64,000 nt of DNA from a bacterium (GTDB lineage: Bacteria; Patescibacteriota; Patescibacteriia; Patescibacteriales; UBA12465). A model generated the notes under the pieces. That model saw only the letters and a list, made by a program, of their open reading frames with translations, had not been told where the DNA came from and did no database searches. The DNA is taken from contig DAOMZR010000001.1 in the NCBI GenBank assembly GCA_035400585.1, forward strand, positions 191,347 through 255,346. The letters are read 5' to 3'. Position numbers and translations under genes: made by a program. Every line of letters begins with the position of its first letter. The first letter of the stretch is position 1. Positions 18,145 through 28,021 of this stretch are shown here, in pieces.

Positions 18145-19044
18145 ATGGATAGTTTTAAAATCAGTTTAATTTTTGCCTTTTTGGCTATGATTTTTTGGGG
18201 TGTTGGAGATTTTTTAATTCAAAAAACAATTAAGAAAATTGGAGAATTCCAAACTTTATTATTTATTAATCTATTCGCCGGATTAGCACTAATCCCCTTT
18301 GTTTTAAAAGATTTCCCCTTAATTTTTGATTGGCCCAATATTCTGCTATTAATCATAATGACCATAATTGACTTGCTTTATAGTATTTTTTTATTTAAAG
18401 CTTACAACAAGGGAAAATTGTCGGTAATAGAAATTGCTTTAATAGGAGAACTTCCTTTAACAATATTTTTGGGATTAATTTTTTTTGGAGAAAAATTAAG
18501 CTTTATCGAAACTTTTTTAGTTTTACTTATAATCTTGGGAGTATTTTTAATATCCAAAAGTAAAAAAAATTGGAAAGAAAAAATTAAAGAATATTTTTTG
18601 GGGAGAAAATTTGTTTGGGAAAAAGGAATTCTTTTTGTGTTTGTAGCTATTATATTTAGTTCTTTTTATAATTTATTAGTAGCTTTTAATGCAAGGACTA
18701 TCTCAGCTTTTACTTCTATTTGGTTTCCATGGACTCTAAGTTCGATCTTTTTATTAATTTATATTATTTACAAAAAAGGGCTTAAATCTTCTTGTAAAAA
18801 TATTATTAATTATAAAAAATTAATTTTCTTTACTGCTTTAATTGATACCGCTGCCTGGATTTTTTATGCTCTAGCTACACAAAAAGAAGAGCTTTCGATT
18901 ATAACGGCTATAGTTGCTGGATATGCCGTTATTGCTATGATTTTAGACATTAAAATAAACAAACAAAAAATTGGAAATTGGCAATATTTAGGTGCTTTTT
19001 TTGTGTTTGTTGGTGTTATTATTATTAGTTTTATTACTAACTGA
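18145..19044 (+). CDS. EamA/DMT-superfamily transporter
   Basis: About ten TM helices; MIFWGVGDFLIQKTIKKIG, IGELPLTIFLGLIFFGEKLSFIE, VFVGVIIISFI. Confidence 0.85.
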   Translation: MDSFKISLIFAFLAMIFWGVGDFLIQKTIKKIGEFQTLLFINLFAGLALIPFVLKDFPLIFDWPNILLLIIMTIIDLLYSIFLFKAYNKGKLSVIEIALIGELPLTIFLGLIFFGEKLSFIETFLVLLIILGVFLISKSKKNWKEKIKEYFLGRKFVWEKGILFVFVAIIFSSFYNLLVAFNARTISAFTSIWFPWTLSSIFLLIYIIYKKGLKSSCKNIINYKKLIFFTALIDTAAWIFYALATQKEELSIITAIVAGYAVIAMILDIKINKQKIGNWQYLGAFFVFVGVIIISFITN

Positions 19045-19066
19045 TACCCCCCCCTTCGCTCGCATC

Positions 19067-19092
19067 AAAAAACACCCGAAAGGGTGTTTTTT
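19067..19092 (+). terminator. Rho-independent terminator
   Basis: aaaaaacacccgaaagggtgtttttt. Confidence 0.85.
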
Positions 19093-19097
19093 CTCGC

Positions 19098-19118
19098 TCG
19101 CTCGGGGACTAGGATTCG
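19098..19118. repeat. Copy 1 of a 21-bp direct repeat identical to the 3' end of tRNA-Gln and flank
   Basis: tcgctcggggactaggattcg, identical to 19305-19325. Confidence 0.9.
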
Positions 19119-19272
19119 GTCACGGTCGCTAAACCTCTTTCTCTCGCTACGCTCAATCACTCGCTAAGCGCCCCGACCCGGCCTCGCCTGTGCTCATTTC
19201 ATTCGCACATGGCTCCGGCTTTCTCATCCTAGACACGAAGTGCGCAGGCACTTCGCTTCCCCTCACTCATTC

Positions 19273-19300
19273 AAAAAATCCAGCTTACGCTGGATTTTTT
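19273..19300 (-). terminator. Terminator downstream of tRNA-Gln
   Basis: Perfect hairpin aaaaaatccagc-ttac-gctggatttttt just 3' of the tRNA on the minus strand. Confidence 0.8.
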
Positions 19301-19304
19301 TCAT

Positions 19305-19325
19305 TCGCTCGGGGACTAGGATTCG
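19305..19325. repeat. Copy 2 of the 21-bp direct repeat, overlapping the tRNA-Gln 3' end
   Basis: tcgctcggggactaggattcg. Confidence 0.9.
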
Positions 19326-19378
19326 AACCCAGATAAACAGGACCAGAACCTGTTGTCCTACCATTAGACGATCCCCGA
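19308..19378 (-). tRNA. tRNA-Gln (anticodon CTG)
   Basis: TCGGGGATCGTCTAATGGTAGGACAACAGGTTCTGGTCCTGTTTATCTGGGTTCGAATCCTAGTCCCCGAG. 7-bp acceptor TCGGGGA/TCCCCGA, anticodon arm ACAGG-TTCTGGT-CCTGT, T arm CTGGG-TTCGAAT-CCTAG. Confidence 0.93.
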
Positions 19379-19431
19379 ATAATTTATATAAGAATTTTAT
19401 AACACTAAATTATTTTTTTTTCAAGCAAATA

Positions 19432-19457
19432 AAAAAGCTCCTTTTTGTAGGAGCTTG
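19432..19457 (-). terminator. Terminator downstream of the 19475-20377 gene
   Basis: Minus strand AAGCTCCT-ACAAAA-AGGAGCTTTTTT hairpin. Confidence 0.7.
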
Positions 19458-19474
19458 TTAATCTTGTGATTTTA

Positions 19475-20377
19475 TCAATCCGGAATTTTTTTATCATAAC
19501 CGAATCTTTCGATAAAAATATTGGTCATTTTTGACTTGTTTTTATCAGCAAAAAGGTAGAGTATGTTTAAAGCCTTGTCCTTTTCGCTGTTTTTAACCAA
19601 GTACAGAAATCTCTTTTTTAATTCTTCTTGGGTTAATTTTCGTTTTAAAATTTTTAAAACTTTCTCTATTGTAACACAAGAATCTGTTTCTATGGCCGTT
19701 TCTAAAATTAATTCCAATTCCGATCTGCTTAATTTTCTCTCTAAAAAATAAGAAATATCCTTAGCTTTGTCAAAGTCACCCTCTTTTATTGCTTCGGACA
19801 ATTTTTTATTAAGATCATTTTTAATAACCGATCTGTCCGGCAAAAATCGGAAAAATTTTAACATTAACTTGTCGCCAAAATAAGAATCAATTACCTCCCT
19901 GGCCTTTTCTTGTAAAAAACAATCCTCTTCTTCTTTCTTTTTCTTTTTTCTCTTTTCTCCGTCGGATTTTTTCGTTTCATTGTCCTTTTTTATTTCCTCA
20001 ATCCTTTGGAAAATTTTAAAAATTACTTTCAAATTAACTTTTGCTTTTAAATTGTTTTCCAAAATTCTTTTTAAATCACTTTCGGTAAACAATCTTCTTT
20101 TAAGTAAATTTTCAATCCTTTCGGCTGACAAATAGTCATTATTGTCAGAAAAAATAAAAAAATGGCCAAGAAGAAATCCAATCTCTTCTTCTTCTGGCTC
20201 TTCCCCTGTTTTTTCAAAACATTTTAGAAGCGATAAACAATCATCAGAAGAAATAAATTTCTCAATAAGAAGTCCAAGAATACTTTTGTCTTCGTCAATA
20301 TTTAGACTTAGAAGATGCAAGGCTTCGTCTATTTTTCCGTCAGATATCAACTTATCAACAACAACAGATACATCCAT
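19475..20377 (-). CDS. Hypothetical all-helical protein (helical repeat-like)
   Basis: Long ORF with repeated helix-turn-helix-like segments (LLSLNIDEDKSILGLLIEKFI, LLENNLKAKVNLKVIFKIFQRI, KILKRKLTQEELKKRFLYLVKNSEKDKALNILYLFA); no known family recognised. Confidence 0.6.
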   Translation of the reverse strand: MDVSVVVDKLISDGKIDEALHLLSLNIDEDKSILGLLIEKFISSDDCLSLLKCFEKTGEEPEEEEIGFLLGHFFIFSDNNDYLSAERIENLLKRRLFTESDLKRILENNLKAKVNLKVIFKIFQRIEEIKKDNETKKSDGEKRKKKKKEEEDCFLQEKAREVIDSYFGDKLMLKFFRFLPDRSVIKNDLNKKLSEAIKEGDFDKAKDISYFLERKLSRSELELILETAIETDSCVTIEKVLKILKRKLTQEELKKRFLYLVKNSEKDKALNILYLFADKNKSKMTNIFIERFGYDKKIPD

Positions 20378-20403
20378 GTGTTTTATATTTTAAGGTTCAT
20401 AAT

Positions 20404-20436
20404 AAAAAAATCCTTTTATTATAAAAGGATTTTTTA
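20404..20436. terminator. Intergenic hairpin/terminator
   Basis: aaaaaaatccttttattataaaaggatttttt. Confidence 0.7.
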
Positions 20437-20464
20437 AAAAAGTCAATATTAAACTATTATAATT

Positions 20465-21937
20465 CTATAATTCTGCCTTTGGCTTCATTAAAGGAAAAAG
20501 TGTTATTTCTCTAACCGGCTTATCATTTAAGAAAGCAAACAATCTTTCGCCAAAACCAAAGCCACATGTTGGTGGCATACCGTGTTCAAGCATCTCTACA
20601 AATTCCCAATCGGGCATCATTGCTTCTTCATCGCCTCTGTCAATCAATGATTGTTGTTCTTCAAATCTTTTTCTCTGTTCAACTGGATTGTTCAGCTCGC
20701 TATAACCATTGCCAACCTCACTACCAGCTATAATTATTTGAAACCTTTCTGTTAACTCGGGGTTGTCTTCTTTGGATTTAGCCAAAGGAGAGACTAATTT
20801 TGGATGATTTATTAAAAATGCTGGCCCAGCAATATTTTTTCGACAATATTTCCACAAAGTATCCATTAATCTTTCTCTTGTTTTGCCATCATATTTAACT
20901 TTTAACTCTTGTAATTTAGAAGACATTTCATCTTCACTGGCTGTTAAAACATCTATTTTTGTTTGTTTTAATATTTCATTTCTGTAATCTATTTCTGGCC
21001 AATCATTAGCTAAGTCATATTCATAGCCTTTTGTTTTGAATTTTGTTGTACCAAAAACTTGTACAGCTATTTCTCTGTATAATTCTTGTGATATTTTCAT
21101 TCCATCACTATAATTAGCATATGCCCAGTAAAATTCCATATTAGTGAATTCCTGCAAATGATCAGGACTACTGCCTTCATTTCTAAAGACCTTACCAATT
21201 TCAAATGTTTTCTCAAAACCAGCTGCCATTAGTCTTTTTTGCCATAATTCACCCACTGATATTCTTAAATAAACATCCAAATCAAAATCATTATGATGGG
21301 TTTTAAAGGGCCTAGCTTCGGCTCCACCAGTAGTTGTTTCTAAAACAGGAGTTTCTACCTCAAAAAAGCCTTTTTTTATCATAAAATCGCGTGTAACCTG
21401 CCAAAATTTTGATTTTTTAATAAACATTTCCCTTAAATCATCATTAGTAAGCAAATCAAGATATCTTTTTCTTAATCTTTCTTCTTCATCCTTTAAACCG
21501 TGCCATTTTTCCGGTAGTGGCAGTAAAGCCTTGCTTAAAACCTTATATTTTTTAACCAATACGCTATTTTCTCCTTTGTGGGTAATAAAACAAGTTCCAT
21601 CAACCTCCAAAAAGTCAGCCATATCGATTAATTTCACAAAAGATTTATAATCTTCCCCTAATTCATTTTTAGAGAAGGCTAATTGAATTTCACCAGAAGC
21701 GTCCTTCAGATTAGCAAAGCTCAAATTTCCATGAGTTCTTAAGCCAATTATTCTTCCAGCTAAAATAATATTTTCTTTTTTTGACTCTAAGTTTGTAAAA
21801 TCAGATAAAACACCAGCTACACTGTGAGTTCTGGAAGTTTTACTAGGATAAGGATTGTTATTTTCTGAAATCTTATTCAGCTTTGATTCCCTTTCCATTC
21901 TTTCATTATTTGGATTGGAAATTGTTTTATTTTCCAT
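20465..21937 (-). CDS. lysS: Lysine--tRNA ligase (class II)
   Basis: IIGLRTHGNLSFANLKDASGEIQLAF, FEIGKVFRNEGSSPDHLQEFTNMEFYWAY, GFGFGERLFAFLNDKPVREITLFPLMKP. Confidence 0.95.
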   Translation of the reverse strand: MENKTISNPNNERMERESKLNKISENNNPYPSKTSRTHSVAGVLSDFTNLESKKENIILAGRIIGLRTHGNLSFANLKDASGEIQLAFSKNELGEDYKSFVKLIDMADFLEVDGTCFITHKGENSVLVKKYKVLSKALLPLPEKWHGLKDEEERLRKRYLDLLTNDDLREMFIKKSKFWQVTRDFMIKKGFFEVETPVLETTTGGAEARPFKTHHNDFDLDVYLRISVGELWQKRLMAAGFEKTFEIGKVFRNEGSSPDHLQEFTNMEFYWAYANYSDGMKISQELYREIAVQVFGTTKFKTKGYEYDLANDWPEIDYRNEILKQTKIDVLTASEDEMSSKLQELKVKYDGKTRERLMDTLWKYCRKNIAGPAFLINHPKLVSPLAKSKEDNPELTERFQIIIAGSEVGNGYSELNNPVEQRKRFEEQQSLIDRGDEEAMMPDWEFVEMLEHGMPPTCGFGFGERLFAFLNDKPVREITLFPLMKPKAEL

Positions 21938-21938
21938 A

Positions 21939-22400
21939 TTATTTTACATCAAGAATTTTATATTTAAATTCGCCTCTTGGTGTTTCCACCACAACTTCAT
22001 CTCCTTTTTTCTTTCCTAAAAAAGCCATGCCAATTGGCGATTCATTTGATATTTTACCGTTTAAAGGATCGGCTTCATTAAAACTAACAATAATAAACTC
22101 TTTTTCTTTTTTATCGCAGGAAACTTTAATATGAGATCCCATGTCAATTTTACCACCGCTAGATTTAATTGACTCAACTACAGTTACATTTTTTAAAATG
22201 TTAGTTAATTCCAAAATTCTTCCTTCATTTAAAGCCTGAGCATCTTTGGCCTCGCTGTATTCAGCGTTTTCACTCAAATCACCCAATTCCTTAGCTCTTT
22301 CAATCCTTTCGGCTATTTCCTTTCTTCTGGTTGTGCTAAGTAAGTCTAACTCCTCCTTAAGCTTGTTATAACCCTCTTGCGTTATAATTTGATTCTCCAT
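21939..22400 (-). CDS. greA: Transcription elongation factor GreA
   Basis: ITQEGYNKLKEELDLLSTTRRKEIAERIERAKELGDLSENAEYSEAKDAQALNEGRI and ISNESPIGMAFLGKKKGDEVVVETP. Confidence 0.95.
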   Translation of the reverse strand: MENQIITQEGYNKLKEELDLLSTTRRKEIAERIERAKELGDLSENAEYSEAKDAQALNEGRILELTNILKNVTVVESIKSSGGKIDMGSHIKVSCDKKEKEFIIVSFNEADPLNGKISNESPIGMAFLGKKKGDEVVVETPRGEFKYKILDVK

Positions 22401-22469
22401 ATTTTTTTAAAATTGTTTAAAAATAAGCTTTTAAAATATATCAATTTTTTAAGAATAATGCAAATAAAG

Positions 22470-23090
22470 CTACAAAAACAAGGTAATTAAATAAATTATA
22501 AATAAATGCACCGGATAAAAGGAGTATTGTAAATATCTGTTTATTTTAAAATCTAAATGTTTGAAATAATAAATTATAAAAAAAGATGGAATAGCAAAAA
22601 TTTGCAATACAGAAGTGGGTAAAAACAAAACTCTGACTATTGTTAAAACAGACTGAGCTGGAATTAATAAAATGTTATTTTTAAAAACATGAAAAAATAG
22701 TATCATTACAACTCCATAAAGACCGTAATCAATAGAAACAAAAAAAGGAATCAGAAAAACCAATATTAGCAAAAAATAACTTAAATATTTATTCTTTAAA
22801 CAATTTTCATAAAGACATATAGCTATCAGTCCCAAAAAAAGACTAAAACAAATATTTAAAACCTCCTTATCAATTACTAAATAAAAAAAGGGCTGAGAAA
22901 TAAAAGCCAAAAACAATAATCTCTGGCCATATTTTTTAACATCCCTTGTTCTAGAGTAACCGTTAGCTATTCCCCAGGCAAATATTGGAAAAGACAGCCT
23001 TCCAATTATCCTTAATATAATTAAATCAGGGAAAAAAACCAAACCAATATGATCAATCACCATCGCTACTATAGCTATTATTTTTAACAT
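22470..23090 (-). CDS. TraX-family membrane protein
   Basis: MLKIIAIVAMVIDHIGLVFFPDLIILRIIGRLSFPIFAWGIANGYSRTRDVKKYGQRLLFLAFISQPFF and FYPVHLFIIYLI. Confidence 0.85.
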   Translation of the reverse strand: MLKIIAIVAMVIDHIGLVFFPDLIILRIIGRLSFPIFAWGIANGYSRTRDVKKYGQRLLFLAFISQPFFYLVIDKEVLNICFSLFLGLIAICLYENCLKNKYLSYFLLILVFLIPFFVSIDYGLYGVVMILFFHVFKNNILLIPAQSVLTIVRVLFLPTSVLQIFAIPSFFIIYYFKHLDFKINRYLQYSFYPVHLFIIYLITLFL

Positions 23091-23093
23091 AAA

Positions 23094-24611
23094 TTATTTT
23101 GTGTCTTGTTGTAATTTATTTAGATAATCAAAAAATAAAATTAACAAAATCAAAAAAGATATCCCCAGAGGATGATTAAGATAAGGTGTAAAAAAATTAA
23201 CGGCACTCAGGCCTAGTATAGACAGAAATATTGATAAATAAAAATAATTATTTTTATTAAAATATGACAATAGGGTTTTTTTAGAAAACAAGAAAATTAA
23301 CCACAAATAAACTGAAAAACCAACTATTCCCATCTTTAATAATATATCCAACCAACCCCATTCAAAGGCATAGGTTGAATATTTACCATCTGGGCTACTT
23401 TGCAAAACCCTTGGATCACTAGATATATATTCTATTCTAGCACCAAAACCTCTTCCCAATAAAAAATTAGATTGAATATCATTTTTCATAGAATCAAGTA
23501 ATGCCCAACGAGATGATATTGCTGATTCATTAGAAGTAACGTTTGCTCGATCAGAAAGTGACTCTATGTTAAAAGTTCCCCCTGGTTTTGGCCAAGGAAA
23601 TTTAACAGTAATAAATATTAATAAAACAGAAAAAACCAACGACAAAAAACCATAGAAAATAGTTTTCAAACTCGTTTTAAAATCAAATTTATACCAAACA
23701 ATCAAAAGTAAAGATAAAAAAACCAAAACTAATCCAACCCAAAAACTTCTCGAAAAACTCAAAACAATAACAGACAAAAACAAAGAAGAAATTAAAAATA
23801 AAGAAACTTTTTTTCCTTTTCCCTTTTCAAATAAAAACAAAACAAAACTAAAACAAAAGCCCAGAAAAAGAAAAATTTGATTTTGAAAAAAAACACGATA
23901 AAAGCCATTGCCCATGTTAGTAATCTCACCCAAGGCATACACTCTGGTCCAAGAATAAAGATCGGAAATAATTGGCCTTAAATCATGTGAAAACAAAAAT
24001 AAGAATAATAAAGATTTAAATAAGGTATACAAACTGATTGAAAAGAATATTAAAATTAAATTTTTCCAAAAGATTTCTTTTTCTTCTTTGTTTAATTGAT
24101 AAATAGTATAGAAAATTGGCAATATTGCTATAAAATAAAACCAGGAATTAAAATCAAAAAAAGAATCGGAAAAACCATTTCTCACTAAACCAAAAGCAAA
24201 AGAAAACAAAAGAAAAAAAGATAAATATAAAAGATTCCTGCCAAAAACTAAGTTTTTAAATATACCCAAAACCTTTTTTCTGTCTTTAAAAAAATCAATT
24301 AACAATTTAGTTAAGAAAATGGCCATCAAAAGTAACCACAAAGATATTCTTAAAGAGATTTTAAAACCAGAATTCTCAAAATAAAATAAATAACCCATTG
24401 AATTTAAGAAAACTTCGGCCAAAAACAAATAGATGCTTAATTTAAAGTCATAAAAACTAATAAACAAAAAAGACAAAAGTATTAAAAAGAAAAAAATATA
24501 ATTTATAATTTCAAAATTAAAAGAGATAAATGATATCATCTCAATCAAAAGAGAAAACAAAAATATAAAAAATATTTTATTTTTATTATTATTTAGAGCA
24601 AAATTAAACAT
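23094..24611 (-). CDS. O-antigen ligase/polymerase-like membrane protein
   Basis: About 12 TM helices; SFSRSFWVGLVLVFLSLL, WALLDSMKNDIQSNFLLGRGFGARIEY, FEWGWLDILLKMGIVGF. Confidence 0.8.
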   Translation of the reverse strand: MFNFALNNNKNKIFFIFLFSLLIEMISFISFNFEIINYIFFFLILLSFLFISFYDFKLSIYLFLAEVFLNSMGYLFYFENSGFKISLRISLWLLLMAIFLTKLLIDFFKDRKKVLGIFKNLVFGRNLLYLSFFLLFSFAFGLVRNGFSDSFFDFNSWFYFIAILPIFYTIYQLNKEEKEIFWKNLILIFFSISLYTLFKSLLFLFLFSHDLRPIISDLYSWTRVYALGEITNMGNGFYRVFFQNQIFLFLGFCFSFVLFLFEKGKGKKVSLFLISSLFLSVIVLSFSRSFWVGLVLVFLSLLLIVWYKFDFKTSLKTIFYGFLSLVFSVLLIFITVKFPWPKPGGTFNIESLSDRANVTSNESAISSRWALLDSMKNDIQSNFLLGRGFGARIEYISSDPRVLQSSPDGKYSTYAFEWGWLDILLKMGIVGFSVYLWLIFLFSKKTLLSYFNKNNYFYLSIFLSILGLSAVNFFTPYLNHPLGISFLILLILFFDYLNKLQQDTK

Positions 24612-24612
24612 T

Positions 24613-25308
24613 TTAATTCAAATTATGTTTATCTTTTATTATTTTTAAAGCTCGATTATATTTTTTAACTGATGGTAAAAAAGGAAAAGCTTTGTAGGCA
24701 AAAGCTGGCAACCAGGACGATATAGTTCCGCCTGGCTTTATTTTAAATAAAGCTTCGTCTATAAAAAAACCTTGATGTCCATTTTCTAGCATAGTCAACC
24801 ACAAATCCCAGTCTTGTAATTTTTTAACACTTTCATCCCAGCCAGGAAAAGCATTCCTTCTAATAAGCGACATTGTATGAATATATGGCATTTTTTGTAG
24901 TTTTTCGGCATCAAATGGCCAAAGTTTAAACAACTTTTTTCCCCAATAAAAAGAAGAATAAGTATAAGCAACCTCTTGGTTGGATTCTAAAACTTGAACC
25001 ATTTTTTCTAAGGTATCATTCTTTAAAACGGCATCGGCATCACAAAAAAATAAATACTCACCACGAGATTCTTTAAATCCCTTATTTCGAGCAGCTGGTG
25101 CCCCTTTGTTTTCTTGATTAATAAAATAATAATTATTTTCCACCTTAAAACTTTCCAAAAATTTTTCAAAGACAGAACGAGTATTATCTCTTGAGCCATC
25201 ATTAACTATTATAACCTCAAAATCACGATAAGTTTGAGATTCAATACTTTTTACAGTATTAATAATTGTTTTTTCACCATTATAAACAGGAATAATTATT
25301 GATATCAT
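24613..25308 (-). CDS. Glycosyltransferase family 2
   Basis: ISIIIPVYNGEKTIINTVKSIESQTYRDFEVIIVNDGSRDNT, NKGAPAARNKGFKESRGEYLFFCDAD. Confidence 0.93.
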   Translation of the reverse strand: MISIIIPVYNGEKTIINTVKSIESQTYRDFEVIIVNDGSRDNTRSVFEKFLESFKVENNYYFINQENKGAPAARNKGFKESRGEYLFFCDADAVLKNDTLEKMVQVLESNQEVAYTYSSFYWGKKLFKLWPFDAEKLQKMPYIHTMSLIRRNAFPGWDESVKKLQDWDLWLTMLENGHQGFFIDEALFKIKPGGTISSWLPAFAYKAFPFLPSVKKYNRALKIIKDKHNLN

Positions 25309-25315
25309 TTTATTT

Positions 25316-26416
25316 TTACTTTAAAAAATTATAAATCTTTTCTACTTGATTTTTCCAAACAAAATTAGCAAGAGTTCTTTTTTTACCGTTTTCGCCCAAT
25401 CTATTACATAAATCTGGATCATTTAATAACTTTAGTATTGCCTGCGAAATTTCTTCTTCTGATTCAGGGTCAACCATTAGACCACTAATACTGTCAGCCA
25501 CAGCATCTGTGATTCCGCCACTTTTGCCAGCAATCACTGGTTTTGAAAGCAAACTAGCCTCCAAAAAAACTATTCCAAAACCCTCAAAATCGCCAGCAAC
25601 ATTTCTGGCTGGCATAATAAAAATATCAGATAAAGATAAAAAAGTCCATTTCTCTTCTTCACTTATTTCACCAACAAAAATTATTTTTTCAGAAAAATTA
25701 TCACCAAAAATATTTTTAGCTATTTTTTTTAAATACTCTTCATCTGGACCATTGCCAGCAATAATATATTTAAGATCTTCATCAAATAAAGGGCTGGAAT
25801 CAAAAACTTTTTTTAAAGATAAAATTGTATAATCAAAACCCTTCCTTTTGACTAATCTTCCCAAACTAAAAAGTATTTTCTTGTTGGATAAATTATATTT
25901 GGAAATCAATTCCTCTTTTTTTTGTTCATTATTAAAATTAAAATTATTTACTCCGGGATTAACAATAATTAATTTTGATCTATCCTGATTATAAATATTA
26001 ATTAGCATTTCACAAACAAAAGAATTAGCACAAATTATTTTACTAGATCTATTAATAATCATTTTGCTTAGAAATTTTTTCCAAATGTTTTTAGAACAAA
26101 AAGAAAGATCCATTCCATGGAAAAAAATAGAATATTTTATCTTTAGAAAAAAAGATAAAATAAAAACTACAGTTCCCAGCGGTAAAATTTGTCCAACCAA
26201 AATATTATCTATTTTATTTTTTTTAACTTCTTTAAAAACGACCTTAATAGCTGGTAACCACTTCAAAAAACCATTTTTTCTAATCAATCTATTGTGGTTA
26301 TTATCTATAACCGTTATTTCCGAGGATTTTGGCCAATGATAAATCATGTTGGTGTAATAATTAGCCACACCACCCTTGAAAGGAAAATATTCTGTTGTTA
26401 CCAATAAAAATTTCAT
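25316..26416 (-). CDS. Glycosyltransferase family 4 (GT-B)
   Basis: LVTTEYFPFKGGVANYYTNMIY, FSLGRLVKRKGFDYTILSL, EGFGIVFLEASLLSKPVIAGKSGGITDAV. Confidence 0.92.
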   Translation of the reverse strand: MKFLLVTTEYFPFKGGVANYYTNMIYHWPKSSEITVIDNNHNRLIRKNGFLKWLPAIKVVFKEVKKNKIDNILVGQILPLGTVVFILSFFLKIKYSIFFHGMDLSFCSKNIWKKFLSKMIINRSSKIICANSFVCEMLINIYNQDRSKLIIVNPGVNNFNFNNEQKKEELISKYNLSNKKILFSLGRLVKRKGFDYTILSLKKVFDSSPLFDEDLKYIIAGNGPDEEYLKKIAKNIFGDNFSEKIIFVGEISEEEKWTFLSLSDIFIMPARNVAGDFEGFGIVFLEASLLSKPVIAGKSGGITDAVADSISGLMVDPESEEEISQAILKLLNDPDLCNRLGENGKKRTLANFVWKNQVEKIYNFLK

Positions 26417-26419
26417 AAC

Positions 26420-27916
26420 TTATTTTTTTGAAAGTTTAAATGAATTTATAAGATATAATATTTCATCTTTTTTAAATCCACCAGAAAAAAATAATAACAA
26501 AAAATAAATAATAGCTGCTAAAAAACAAAGCAAAAAAATATTCAAATAATCAACTAAAACAAACACAAAAACGCCCATTAAAACCGAAGAAAACAAAATT
26601 TTGGAAAAAACCAACAAATTATCCTTTAATTTGTAATTAATTATTTTTTTAACCTCAAAAATTCCCAAAATAAACATTAAAAAATTACTAAGCAAAACAA
26701 CCAAAGAGGCTCCAACAACTTTAAATTGAGGGATCAATAAAAAATTTAAAACAATTGAAAACACCAAAACAATCAACATGTTTCTGGTGTTTACAGATTG
26801 TCGATCACAGGCGTTAAGTAGTGATCCTATTGGAAAATTTAAAAAAATAAATATTAGTGAAACTATTGAAATTTTAAGGGGTAAATTAGCTTCAGTATAT
26901 CCATCTTTGAAAATCGTGATGATTTGATCCGACAGTAAAAATATTCCCAAGGATATCGGAATAGAAATCAAAAGTAAATAATCAATTGAACGACGAAAAG
27001 TTGTTTTTAATTGTTCCCTATTATTCTTCCAATAATAACTCATAGCCGGATAAAGAGAGGCTGTAAAGGCCATGGGCAGAAACTGCAAGGCAAATATTAT
27101 TTTGAAAGATACTTGATATATGCCAACAAAATAATCACCAGAAAAAAAAGAAAGCAAAACTGAATCTAGATAAGTATAAAGTCTCTGAAATATTCCAAAC
27201 AAAGCAAAAGGCAGGCTTGATAAAATTATTTTTTTTATAAAAGCAAAATCAAAACAAATTTTAATTGGTAATTTTATTTTATATTTTAATATGAGAAAAG
27301 AATAAATAAAATTAAAAATACTAGCCAAAACCAGCGAAGACATAATTATTTTTAAATCCATTTTTAAATAGATAAAAAAATAACCAAAACACAAAACTAT
27401 TAGTTGAAAAATAACCGAGGAAATGCTTTCAAATTTAAGATTATGGAAGCCACGAGCTGAACCAAAAAAGGTTAAAGTAAAAGAATCAAGAATCATGCAA
27501 ACGGAAGATATATAAACTAATTGTTTGCTTAAAATATCATAATTACCTAAAATATTGATAAACAATACAACAGCCAATAAAGTCAGAAAGCTAAAGATAA
27601 TTTTCATCCCTAAAATATTTGACAACAACCTATTAGCCCCACTTTGATCCTTGGCTGTCTCTCTAGTTAGATAGTTTACCAATCCAAAATCAATAAAAAT
27701 AGCAAAAATAGTGGTAAAAGAAATAGCAAAATAATATTTACCCAAAAATTCGGGATCTAAATTTCTAGCCAGTATAACAAAATACAAAAAAGAAATAACT
27801 TTTTGAATTACTAAGGCCAGTGTCAAATAAGAGGTGTTTTTTGCTATATTTTTTATTTTATTATCATTTTCCATAATATAATCAATTATAACACAAAAAA
27901 AGGCAAAAACAAACAA
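26420..27916 (-). CDS. Polysaccharide flippase (Wzx/MATE-like MVF superfamily)
   Basis: NTSYLTLALVIQKVISFLYFVILARNLDPEFLGKYYFAISFTTIFAIFIDFGLVNYLTRETAK; about 14 TM helices. Confidence 0.9.
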   Translation of the reverse strand: MFVFAFFCVIIDYIMENDNKIKNIAKNTSYLTLALVIQKVISFLYFVILARNLDPEFLGKYYFAISFTTIFAIFIDFGLVNYLTRETAKDQSGANRLLSNILGMKIIFSFLTLLAVVLFINILGNYDILSKQLVYISSVCMILDSFTLTFFGSARGFHNLKFESISSVIFQLIVLCFGYFFIYLKMDLKIIMSSLVLASIFNFIYSFLILKYKIKLPIKICFDFAFIKKIILSSLPFALFGIFQRLYTYLDSVLLSFFSGDYFVGIYQVSFKIIFALQFLPMAFTASLYPAMSYYWKNNREQLKTTFRRSIDYLLLISIPISLGIFLLSDQIITIFKDGYTEANLPLKISIVSLIFIFLNFPIGSLLNACDRQSVNTRNMLIVLVFSIVLNFLLIPQFKVVGASLVVLLSNFLMFILGIFEVKKIINYKLKDNLLVFSKILFSSVLMGVFVFVLVDYLNIFLLCFLAAIIYFLLLFFSGGFKKDEILYLINSFKLSKK

Positions 27917-28021
27917 ATTTATGATAAATTTAAGAAGAATTTATCTAAACTATTCTAGAATAATTAAAATTAAAATTAAAAACATCAATCTAATATCAAT
28001 ATTTTATTGATGTTAAAAATT

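Noticed and set aside
19240-19461. Forward ORF of 73 aa across the tRNA-Gln gene.
   Set aside because: Runs over the tRNA, its terminator and the GC-rich repeat; not a plausible protein.
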